From positions 2,556,437-2,588,436 of the forward strand of contig NZ_CP007202.1 of NCBI RefSeq assembly GCF_000941055.1: a stretch of DNA of 32,000 nt, given 5' to 3'. Below the pieces are notes generated by a model. It was not told the DNA's origin, made no database searches, and was given only the letters and a program-made list of their open reading frames with translations. This DNA comes from Siansivirga zeaxanthinifaciens CC-SAMT-1. Lineage in GTDB: Bacteria > Bacteroidota > Bacteroidia > Flavobacteriales > Flavobacteriaceae. Made by a program: the position numbers and the translations under genes. Each line of letters begins with the position of its first letter. The stretch's first letter is position 1. Of the stretch, positions 25,210 to 32,000 are shown one piece after another.

Positions 25210-25626
25210 ATGAACACTAGACAACTCAGCTTAAAAACCATTCGTCCTGAAATTCTTAGCGCAAGCATTAATGATAGTATGAGTGCCGATGAACGTTTTC
25301 AAAATTTAGTTTTACGTCCTGTAATTAAATTACAAAACGATTTGTTAAATGAAGTTTTTATGAACTATGCTAATAAACATAAATCTGTTTTTTATAGTTT
25401 ATCGTTAGAAAAACGCATTGATTATATTGAAAATGCTATTACTAAAGATATGAAATTTAGAAACTCCTTAAAAGGAATGATTATTGGTTTGTTTACTGTT
25501 GAAGAATATCTAATTTACATACAAAATTCGTCGGCTTTAAATAAGCGTATGATGAACATTGTTAAAGAGCGGTTGATTAGTAATATTCAACTTTTTGTGA
25601 AACCAGAAATTTTAAAAGCCATTTAA
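25210..25626 (+). CDS. Hypothetical protein (138 aa, no signal peptide)
   Basis: Clean ORF with coding-like composition. It is probably co-transcribed with the next gene, given the 8-nt gap. I recognised no family. Confidence 0.6.
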   Translation: MNTRQLSLKTIRPEILSASINDSMSADERFQNLVLRPVIKLQNDLLNEVFMNYANKHKSVFYSLSLEKRIDYIENAITKDMKFRNSLKGMIIGLFTVEEYLIYIQNSSALNKRMMNIVKERLISNIQLFVKPEILKAI

Positions 25627-25634
25627 ACCAATTA

Positions 25635-26081
25635 ATGACAACAAAACAAAGACTATTGCAAATTTGTAATGAACACGTAGATAAACGCATTAATGATTAC
25701 AAAGAAGAAATTAATTTAATAAAAGAATCGATTGCAAGTAACGATAAAGGCAATTCTGAAGACGACGATTCTGGCAATGGCAAATTGTTAAACGATTTAG
25801 AAAAAAACATGGGCTATCTGGCCGATGCCAACAAAACCAAAGAATACTTAAAACTAATAAAAACCAACGTTGAACCAGTTGATGTGGTACTTGGTAGCAT
25901 TGTAAAAACAAATGAAATGAATTTTTACATTGCAACAAGTATTGGTAAAATAGATTTAGATAGCGATGTTTACTTTGCTATATCTTTAAATACACCCATT
26001 GGACAATTACTTAAAAATAAAAAGGTAAACGATAGTTTTGAGTTCAATCAAAAAAAATATGTAATTCAGGAAATTATATAA
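25635..26081 (+). CDS. Gre-factor-like protein (GreA/GreB C-terminal-like domain plus a helical N-terminus with an acidic tip)
   Basis: The C-terminus GSIVKTN...FAISLNTPIGQLLKNKKVNDSFEFNQKKYVIQEI resembles the GreA C-terminal block S-x-x-SP-I/L-G-x-x-L-x-x-K-K-V-G-D. The N-terminal half is predicted helical and is interrupted by SEDDDSGNG. Confidence 0.6.
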   Translation: MTTKQRLLQICNEHVDKRINDYKEEINLIKESIASNDKGNSEDDDSGNGKLLNDLEKNMGYLADANKTKEYLKLIKTNVEPVDVVLGSIVKTNEMNFYIATSIGKIDLDSDVYFAISLNTPIGQLLKNKKVNDSFEFNQKKYVIQEII

Positions 26082-26751
26082 GAGATTCCCCATTTAAATC
26101 GGTAGTAAGCACATCGCTCATATAATTAAAATATGGGCGAATGGCTTTAAAAGCCTCACCAACACTACCAACAAAACCATCACTTAAAACTTCTTGGTCT
26201 GTATATTTTTTAATAAAAATGTATTGCTTCTTTTTAATGAGATCGATATTTTCATGGTCTTTATTAAAGCCTTTAGGTGCTGTTTTTACTTCATCTCCTT
26301 GAAGGCCACCCCAAATGTTTTTTAATGAGGTATCGTTTAAAATATCGCGCATTTCGCTGGCATCCATTTCAAATTCTTTACGAATACGTAATAAATCGGC
26401 TGGTGACGGTTCCCAAAATCCGGTGGCAATAAAACTTTCGTTGTTAGGTTGCATATGCAAATAATAACCGCCACGTAATTTTGGCTTTACACGATTAAAA
26501 GAACCTCCAAAATGGGTTTTGTACGGCAGTTTATTTTTAGAGAACCGAACATCGCGGTATATTCTAAAAATCTTTAATTTATCGATGTCGTCGTGAATTC
26601 GTAAATCATTTAAAACCTCATTATAAAGAGCCTTTACTTCTTTTTCTACGGCTCTAAATTCTGTTTTATTATCGTTAAACCAGTCACGATTATTATTTTT
26701 TTCAAGTTTCTTTAAATAATCAAAAACAGATTTTGATAGGGTTTGATGCAT
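26074..26751 (-). CDS. DUF2461 (TIGR02453) family protein
   Basis: LEKNNNRDWFNDNK, IFRIYRDVRFSKNKLPYKTHFG and GGYYLHMQP are the hallmark blocks of this family. Confidence 0.85.
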   Translation of the reverse strand: MHQTLSKSVFDYLKKLEKNNNRDWFNDNKTEFRAVEKEVKALYNEVLNDLRIHDDIDKLKIFRIYRDVRFSKNKLPYKTHFGGSFNRVKPKLRGGYYLHMQPNNESFIATGFWEPSPADLLRIRKEFEMDASEMRDILNDTSLKNIWGGLQGDEVKTAPKGFNKDHENIDLIKKKQYIFIKKYTDQEVLSDGFVGSVGEAFKAIRPYFNYMSDVLTTDLNGESLI

Positions 26752-26786
26752 TTTAATAGCGTTTTAAATTTTTTATTAAAATTACA

Positions 26787-26812
26787 AAAAGCTCTGATAA
26801 ATCAGAGCTTTT
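26787..26812. terminator. Intrinsic terminator downstream of the 26833..27402 gene
   Basis: AAAAGCTCTGA pairs with TCAGAGCTTTT around the loop TAAA, and A/T runs flank both sides. Confidence 0.7.
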
Positions 26813-26832
26813 ATAAATATTTAATTAACGAA

Positions 26833-27402
26833 TTATTTCATCTTTGGTTCAGAAATGTAGTAGGTTTTAACTTCTACATTATCATTAGATTCGTTGTAAA
26901 ATTGCACCATAAAATTACCATCTGCATCAAAAGAACCGATACCTGTTCTTTTTTTATCTTTAATAATGAAGTGGTCACTTTTATGAGCGTGAATGGCCTT
27001 TCCAATTTTTACAAACTCATTGCCATTATTATCGAAAGCCATATCAAATCCTTTTTTGTTAGGCATAAAAACGTATTTTTTGTTTCCTAATTTATAATAA
27101 GTGTCTTTAGTTATTAAATCGTAGGCGTTATCGGCATCGTTGTCAATCATGACCATTTTCTCTACTTTCGATGGTGATTCTACACGTTTTTGATTTGTTT
27201 TAAATTCATCTTTTTTATCTAAAACAACGTCACTACTTTCTATGGTTATGGTTTTAACCTTGTTTTCGACTATTTTTTTGTTGTCCTTGATTTTTGTTGT
27301 TTTAACTTCAACTTCTTCTTTTTGCTGTTTATTTTTATTTTGAGCAAATACGCTGGTTGATATTAAAAATATTCCTAATGTGATATATTTTAAATTTTTC
27401 AT
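26833..27402 (-). CDS. Secreted hypothetical protein (189 aa)
   Basis: Signal peptide ending SVFAQ, then a lysine/glutamate-rich linker and a beta-rich C-terminal half. I recognised no family. Confidence 0.6.
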   Translation of the reverse strand: MKNLKYITLGIFLISTSVFAQNKNKQQKEEVEVKTTKIKDNKKIVENKVKTITIESSDVVLDKKDEFKTNQKRVESPSKVEKMVMIDNDADNAYDLITKDTYYKLGNKKYVFMPNKKGFDMAFDNNGNEFVKIGKAIHAHKSDHFIIKDKKRTGIGSFDADGNFMVQFYNESNDNVEVKTYYISEPKMK

Positions 27403-27455
27403 CTTGTTTTGGTTTTAAATTAATGTTTGAATTTTAGTGAGGCGTGAGAATTATG

Positions 27456-27662
27456 TCATTCGGCATCTTCTTTAGCCTCTTCAATTTCTTCTTTTACATC
27501 GTCTATAGCGTCTTTAACTTCATCTGAAACTTCTTCGGCTTCATCATTAAGTTCATCTATAGCGTTTTCTATTTTTTCTTCGGGTGTTTTTTTATCTCTA
27601 CAACCTGTAAAAACTACAGCTATAGTAAATAAAAAAGCGAGTGCTAATATTCCTTTTCTCAT
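27456..27662 (-). CDS. Small, highly acidic lipoprotein (68 aa)
   Basis: Lipobox VVFTGCRDK, followed by a helical D/E-rich sequence (EEVSDEVKDAIDDVKEEIEEAKEDAE). Confidence 0.55.
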   Translation of the reverse strand: MRKGILALAFLFTIAVVFTGCRDKKTPEEKIENAIDELNDEAEEVSDEVKDAIDDVKEEIEEAKEDAE

Positions 27663-27870
27663 TTTATATAGTTTAAATTAACAAGGTATTAATCTGACGA
27701 TCAGCTTAAAACAATACTTAATTTTGTTATTACAAAGTTCGGTAAAACGTACAGGTTTTATGTTACATGTTTTGTTCTAACTGTTGTATAATTTACATTT
27801 ACAACATAAAAACATGCGGTTTTAAAGAGTTTTCAAAAGAAATAACCAAAAAAGGAAATAGAATTTTAGT

Positions 27871-28647
27871 TTATTCGAAGTCGATATTTTTAAGAATAAG
27901 TCCCGAAGCCGGAGCAATGTATTCCATTTTAACAAACACATCATCCTGTAAACTGTATTTAATGGTGTCGAGCGTTAATTTATGTTTACCTAAATCAACT
28001 AATGTACCCATCATGAGCCTGATTTGGTTTCGCATAAAGCCTTTGCCCTTTACTCGAAATAGATAAGATTTTTCTGGAAAAAAACTGGCGGTATAGGCTG
28101 TGTTTTCAACGATTTCGCAAGTTGTAATTTCCCGTTTATAAATACCATTATCGGTTGGTTTAAAACAATACGATTTAAAATAGTGTTCGCCTACAAAAAG
28201 CTTAGCGCCCTGCATCATTAAATCTATATCCAAATCGTCTAAAAAAGTAGTCATAATGGGCGCACAGAATGGATGGCATTTTTCTCCAAAGGTAAAGAGG
28301 TAGTTATACTCTTTTATTTTAGAATGATTAATGATATTGAATTTAGCATCTACTTCTTTAATAGTCAACGCGCGTATATCCTGAGGCAAATTATAATTAA
28401 ACAATTCTAAAAAAGCCTCCAAATTATCTATGGGTTCGGCCAAAAAAAGTTCGAAAGCTGCACATTCTGCAGACACCATGGCATCGGTTCTCCCCGAACT
28501 TAAACTTTTAAATGGTTTGCCTTCCAGAATAAAATTTAAGGTTCTATCGACCATTAAATGCAACGTTTTTACATCGGGTTGTTTTTGCCAGCCATGAAAA
28601 CGGTAGCCTAAATATTGAATGGTAACTAAATAAAAATATTTTTTCAT
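27871..28647 (-). CDS. TruA-family pseudouridine synthase (divergent)
   Basis: TIQYLGYRFHGWQKQ matches the Y-x-G-x-x-F-x-GWQ block. The catalytic-Asp block is SSGRTDAMVSAE. Length is 258 aa. Confidence 0.7.
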   Translation of the reverse strand: MKKYFYLVTIQYLGYRFHGWQKQPDVKTLHLMVDRTLNFILEGKPFKSLSSGRTDAMVSAECAAFELFLAEPIDNLEAFLELFNYNLPQDIRALTIKEVDAKFNIINHSKIKEYNYLFTFGEKCHPFCAPIMTTFLDDLDIDLMMQGAKLFVGEHYFKSYCFKPTDNGIYKREITTCEIVENTAYTASFFPEKSYLFRVKGKGFMRNQIRLMMGTLVDLGKHKLTLDTIKYSLQDDVFVKMEYIAPASGLILKNIDFE

Positions 28648-28747
28648 TATAACTTTTAAAGCTTGGGGAAAGTAAGTTTTTTATTAAATATGACAAAAAA
28701 TTACGAACTTGTAATTTCAACTTTAACCAACCTAAAACTATTTAATT

Positions 28748-29164
28748 ATGACAAACGCTAGTTTAAAACCTCCTTTTTGGTATTGGATTGTAAGTATTAT
28801 TGCATTGCTTTGGAATGCCATGGGTGTATATCAATACATTGGGCAAGCATACAAAACAGATGCTTGGCGTGCTTCTATGACAGACGAACAAATGGAACTC
28901 ATATCTAATTTCCCAGCCTGGTTAACAGCGGCTTTTGCTATGGCTGTTTTTTCGGGTTTATTGGGTTCTATTGATTTATTATTACAAAAAAAATGGTCGT
29001 ATTCGTTATTGGTTATTTCGCTATTCGCTGTTATTATACAGATGGGTTATATTTTAAGTCGGGGACATTTTGATGGTATTGCCATGACTATAAGTATCAT
29101 TTTATTTGCGTTTTTCTTGGTATGGTTTTCAAGAAAATCAATTTCTAAAAAATGGATTTCTTAA
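28748..29164 (+). CDS. Hypothetical 4-TM membrane protein (138 aa)
   Basis: Four hydrophobic helices and a clean ORF. I recognised no family. Confidence 0.55.
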   Translation: MTNASLKPPFWYWIVSIIALLWNAMGVYQYIGQAYKTDAWRASMTDEQMELISNFPAWLTAAFAMAVFSGLLGSIDLLLQKKWSYSLLVISLFAVIIQMGYILSRGHFDGIAMTISIILFAFFLVWFSRKSISKKWIS

Positions 29165-29171
29165 ACATTAC

Positions 29172-29207
29172 AAAAAAGGCTTTAGAAAATTCTAAAGCCT
29201 TTTTTTT
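29172..29207. terminator. Bidirectional intrinsic terminator between the convergent membrane-protein gene and hisIE
   Basis: AAAAAAGGCTTTAGA (29172..29186) pairs with TCTAAAGCCTTTTTT (29191..29205) around the loop AAAT. It overlaps the hisIE stop codon. Confidence 0.85.
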
Positions 29208-29799
29208 ATTTGTGTCTGCCTTTTAACTCGGCTTCAATATCTTTTAAAGTGAATCCTTTGGCTTGTAACAGCATTAAGTAATGAAACATTAAATCGGCCG
29301 ATTCGTAAAGAAACAACTCATCATTATTATCCATAGCTTCGATTACTGTTTCCACTGCCTCCTCGCCTACTTTTTGCGCTATTTTATTAATCCCCTTTTC
29401 AAACAAACTGGCTACATACGATTTGTTGGTGTCTTTATTAGCAACACGTTCTGCAATGACATCTTCTAAGGTAGAAAAGAATCCGTAATTTGAAGTATTT
29501 GTTTCTCCCCAGCAATTATCGGTTCCTTTATGGCAGGTTGGCCCCACAGGATTTACCTGAATAAGTAAGGTATCGTTATCGCAGTCGTTTTTAATATCGA
29601 TAAGATTTAAAAAGTTACCACTTTCCTCTCCTTTAGTCCAAAGACGCTGTTTACTTCTACTAAAAAACGTCACTTTTTTTGTTTCTAAAGTTTTTTGATA
29701 AGCGTCTTCATTCATATATCCCAACATCAAAACATTTTTTGTGGTGGCATCCTGAATGATTGCTGGCACTAATCCGTGTGCATCGTATTTGATTGTCAT
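29206..29799 (-). CDS. hisIE: Bifunctional phosphoribosyl-AMP cyclohydrolase / phosphoribosyl-ATP pyrophosphatase
   Basis: HisI blocks: LVPAIIQD, FFSRSKQRLWTKGEESGN and GPTCHKG. HisE block: SYVASLFEKGINKIAQKVGEEAVE. Confidence 0.93.
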   Translation of the reverse strand: MTIKYDAHGLVPAIIQDATTKNVLMLGYMNEDAYQKTLETKKVTFFSRSKQRLWTKGEESGNFLNLIDIKNDCDNDTLLIQVNPVGPTCHKGTDNCWGETNTSNYGFFSTLEDVIAERVANKDTNKSYVASLFEKGINKIAQKVGEEAVETVIEAMDNNDELFLYESADLMFHYLMLLQAKGFTLKDIEAELKGRHK

Positions 29800-29821
29800 A
29801 GTTTAAATCATTATATTATGT

Positions 29822-29858
29822 GATGCTGAAACAAGTTCAGCATGACGACTAAAGTCGT
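29822..29858 (-). repeat. Two adjacent small hairpins at the hisF/hisIE junction (REP-like)
   Basis: ATGCTGAA (29823..29830) pairs with TTCAGCAT (29836..29843). ACGACT (29845..29850) pairs with AGTCGT (29853..29858). The second hairpin overlaps the hisF stop codon at 29849..29851. Confidence 0.6.
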
Positions 29859-30604
29859 ACTTCTATATTATGTTTTTTTAATTCTTTTTTTAATTCTGGA
29901 ATGGGAATTTCTCCAAAATGAAAAACACTCGCAGCCAACGCCGCATCTGCCTTGCCTTCTTTAAAGGTATCAACAAAATGTTGAACATTTCCAGCACCAC
30001 CAGAGGCGATTATTGGAATATTTAATGATTCTGATAGTTTTGCCAACGCTTCATTCGCAAATCCGTTTTTAGTACCATCGTGATCCATCGAAGTGAATAA
30101 AATTTCACCGGCACCTCGTTGTTCTACTTCTTTTGCCCATTCGAATAAATCGATATCTGTTGGAATACTGCCGCCATCTAAATGTACTTTCCAGTTTCCG
30201 TTAATTTGTTTCGCATCAATGGCAACAACCACACATTGGCTGCCAAATTTATCGGCTAATTCATTAACCAATTCCGGACGTTTAACAGCCGAAGAATTAA
30301 TAGAAACTTTATCTGCTCCACATTGCAATAAAGCATCAACATGTTCTACAGAAGAAATACCGCCACCAACCGTAAACGGGATATTCACTTGCTCTGCAAC
30401 ATGCATTACCATATCTAAAGTTGTAGCTCGCGCTTCTAAAGTGGCCGAAATATCTAGAAAAACTAATTCATCGGCACCAACATCGGCATATTGTTTAGCT
30501 AATTCAACAGGATCGCCGGCATCTCGTAAATCGACAAAATTAACGCCTTTTACGGTGCGTCCGTTTTTAATATCTAAACAAGGTATGATTCGTTTTGTTA
30601 ACAT
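29849..30604 (-). CDS. hisF: Imidazole glycerol phosphate synthase, cyclase subunit
   Basis: [20 protein letters not shown]..., and the whole sequence is TIM-barrel HisF-like. It lies in a his operon context. Confidence 0.95.
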   Translation of the reverse strand: MLTKRIIPCLDIKNGRTVKGVNFVDLRDAGDPVELAKQYADVGADELVFLDISATLEARATTLDMVMHVAEQVNIPFTVGGGISSVEHVDALLQCGADKVSINSSAVKRPELVNELADKFGSQCVVVAIDAKQINGNWKVHLDGGSIPTDIDLFEWAKEVEQRGAGEILFTSMDHDGTKNGFANEALAKLSESLNIPIIASGGAGNVQHFVDTFKEGKADAALAASVFHFGEIPIPELKKELKKHNIEVRL

Positions 30605-30610
30605 TTTAAA

Positions 30611-30645
30611 AAGTTAAAAGTGAAAAGTGAAAAGTGAAAAGTTTG
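30611..30645 (-). repeat. Five tandem heptads (AAGTTAA, AAGTGAA x3, AAGTTTG) starting 6 nt upstream of the hisF start codon
   Basis: Read directly from the sequence. On the mRNA strand it is CAAACUU (UUCACUU)x3 UUAACUU UUUAAA AUG. The unit length, phase and 6-nt offset are the same as for the leuD repeat. Confidence 0.8.
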
Positions 30646-30676
30646 AATCTTTTCAACCTTATACTTTACCCTTTCA

Positions 30677-31411
30677 TTAAACATATTTTTCTAAATCTTT
30701 TAATGTAATTCTGTTTTCGTAAATCGCTTTACCAATGATAACACCTTCACAACCAATGGCCTTTAAAACAGGTAATTCTTCTATGGTTGAAATTCCTCCC
30801 GAAGCTATTAATTTAATAGACTGACCTAAACTGCTGTTGGAACATTCTGAAATGATTTGTTTATATAAATCGACTGAAGGTCCCTCGAGCATGCCATCTT
30901 TAGAGATATCGGTACAAATAACGTATTGTATGCTCTTTTTTTGATAGGCTTTTATAAACGGAATCACATCTTCTTTACTTTGTTCCATCCAACCGCTAAT
31001 AGAAACTTTTCCATTATCGCTATCGGCACCTAAAATAATTTTCTCTGAACCATATTTAGATATCCAACCTTCGAAAGTATTTGGGTCTTTAACAGCTATA
31101 CTGCCGCCAGTAATTTGTTTCGCTCCAGAATTAAAAGCAATGTGCAAATCTTCGTTGGTTTTTAAACCGCCTCCAAAATCTATTTTCAAATTAGTTTTAG
31201 AGGTAATTTGTTCGAGCACTTTATAATTTACAATATGTTGTGCTTTGGCACCATCTAAATCTACCAAATGCAGATACTGTATGCCAGCATCTTCAAACAT
31301 TTTAGCAACTTCTAAAGGGTTTTCGTTGTATATTTTTTTGGTGTCGTAATCGCCTTTTGTTAAGCGAACACATTTTCCGTCAATAATATCTATAGCTGGT
31401 ATAATTCTCAT
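30677..31411 (-). CDS. hisA: 1-(5-phosphoribosyl)-5-[(5-phosphoribosylamino)methylideneamino]imidazole-4-carboxamide isomerase
   Basis: [22 protein letters not shown]..., with HisA-type repeats throughout. It lies between hisH and hisF. Confidence 0.93.
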   Translation of the reverse strand: MRIIPAIDIIDGKCVRLTKGDYDTKKIYNENPLEVAKMFEDAGIQYLHLVDLDGAKAQHIVNYKVLEQITSKTNLKIDFGGGLKTNEDLHIAFNSGAKQITGGSIAVKDPNTFEGWISKYGSEKIILGADSDNGKVSISGWMEQSKEDVIPFIKAYQKKSIQYVICTDISKDGMLEGPSVDLYKQIISECSNSSLGQSIKLIASGGISTIEELPVLKAIGCEGVIIGKAIYENRITLKDLEKYV

Positions 31412-31413
31412 TT

Positions 31414-31441
31414 TTGTTTGTTTTTAGTTGTTTGTTTTTGG
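31414..31441 (-). repeat. Two tandem 14-nt units (TTGTTTGTTTTTAG / TTGTTTGTTTTTGG) starting 2 nt upstream of the hisA start codon
   Basis: TTGTTTGTTTTT occurs at 31414..31425 and again at 31428..31439. On the mRNA strand it is CCAAAAACAAACAA CUAAAAACAAACAA AA AUG. Confidence 0.75.
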
Positions 31442-31490
31442 TTTATGGTATTTTACTATAAACTACCAACCATCAACTTTTAACCATAAT

Positions 31491-32000
31491 TTATAACTTT
31501 AAAAAATTCTCTAATATTTTTGCGCCTTCTGTACCACTCTTTTCTGGGTGAAACTGAACACCGTAAAAGTTTTCATGTTGTAAAGCCGATGCATAATTTA
31601 TACCGTAGTCGGTCGCTGCTATGGTTTCGTTGCAATGTTCTGCGTAATAACTGTGCACCAAATACATGTATTCATTTTCTTTGATACCCGAAAACAAAGG
31701 AGATTTAAGGTTTTTTATAACGTTCCATCCCATTTGTGGTACTTTTAAATCGGTAGAAAATCGTTTTACATCGGTTTGAAAAATCCCTAAACCTTTTGTG
31801 TTGCCTTCTTCTGTTGATTTACACATTAATTGCATACCCAGACAAATACCTAATACCGGTTGTTTTAAAGTTGGTATTAATGTGTCCAATCCGCTTTCTT
31901 TAAGCATCTTCATGGCCGAGCTTGCTTCTCCAACGCCTGGAAATATAATTTTATCGGCAGCAAGAATTTCTACTGGATTGTTAGATAAAATCGCATCTAC
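31491..32000 (-). CDS. hisH: Imidazole glycerol phosphate synthase, glutamine amidotransferase subunit; the 5' end runs off the window
   Basis: The track ORF begins at an internal Met at 31913. The frame stays open to 32000 and reads VDAILSNNPVEILAADKIIFPGVGEASSAMKMLKE... The catalytic Cys block GICLGMQLM and the C-terminal VQFHPEKSG block are present. Confidence 0.92.
   Translation of the reverse strand, partial: VDAILSNNPVEILAADKIIFPGVGEASSAMKMLKESGLDTLIPTLKQPVLGICLGMQLMCKSTEEGNTKGLGIFQTDVKRFSTDLKVPQMGWNVIKNLKSPLFSGIKENEYMYLVHSYYAEHCNETIAATDYGINYASALQHENFYGVQFHPEKSGTEGAKILENFLKL

Noticed and set aside
26743-27090. 115-aa ORF on the plus strand
   Set aside because: It overlaps the DUF2461 start, the intrinsic terminator at 26787..26812 and the 3' part of the secreted-protein gene. 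Its F/I/N/K-rich composition is typical of antisense translation in AT-rich DNA.
656-28066. Short antisense or overlapping ORFs from the track: 656..937, 1947..2171, 2265..2489, 2961..3239, 5103..5285, 7796..8065, 10015..10206, 12443..12625, 14385..14624, 18238..18438, 18785..19039, 21421..21669, 23605..23787, 25711..25938 and 27767..28066
   Set aside because: Each is nested inside, or mostly overlaps, a longer ORF with clear family signatures on the other strand or in another frame. None has a recognisable motif.
30093-30617. 174-aa ORF on the plus strand
   Set aside because: It lies entirely antisense to hisF, whose product has an unmistakable family signature. Its translation is low-complexity and S/T/A/P-rich with no recognisable motif. 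Long antisense ORFs of this kind are expected opposite relatively GC-richer genes.
31491-31913. hisH as a complete 140-aa ORF
   Set aside because: The Met at 31913 is internal. The frame continues open to the window edge with a genuine HisH N-terminal sequence (IIFPGVGEASSAM), so the gene is 5'-truncated by the window.

Overview
This is an AT-rich chromosomal segment that looks like a Bacteroidota (Flavobacteriia-type) genome. The supporting signs are a SusC/SusD pair, many Cys-lipobox lipoproteins, TAnnTTTG-type -7 promoter boxes and no Shine-Dalgarno sequences. No rRNA, tRNA, CRISPR array, transposase or integrase was seen.

Gene content, left to right:
- A TetR-controlled redox operon on the minus strand.
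- A frameshifted cold-shock gene.
- A DbpA-type DEAD-box helicase and a fasciclin lipoprotein.
- A frameshift-split Lgt-like membrane protein next to a CDP-alcohol phosphatidyltransferase.
- A SusC/SusD-led operon (7470..15210) plus a convergent agmatine-deiminase/PAD-family gene.
- An 811-bp non-coding gap containing a TonB-receptor fragment and nested inverted repeats.
- A DedA/DUF3817/MscS membrane cluster.
- leuC-leuD-leuA-leuB on the minus strand.
- A thioesterase and several small conserved hypothetical genes, including a Gre-factor-like protein, a DUF2461 protein and a TruA-like protein.
- hisH-hisA-hisF-hisIE on the minus strand.

The most interesting feature is the SusC/SusD operon. 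Its only enzymes are an isoaspartyl peptidase and a lipoprotein cyanophycinase, followed by a YfcC-family transporter. It carries no carbohydrate-active enzyme. I read it as a PUL-style uptake system for cyanophycin, the polyamide multi-L-arginyl-poly-L-aspartate.

Secondary observations:
- A 618-bp leader upstream of susC with a duplicated roughly 60-nt motif.
- Short tandem repeats placed immediately 5' of internal start codons in the leu and his operons.
- A GC-rich palindromic element inside the leu operon.
- Two frameshifts, both at homopolymer runs.
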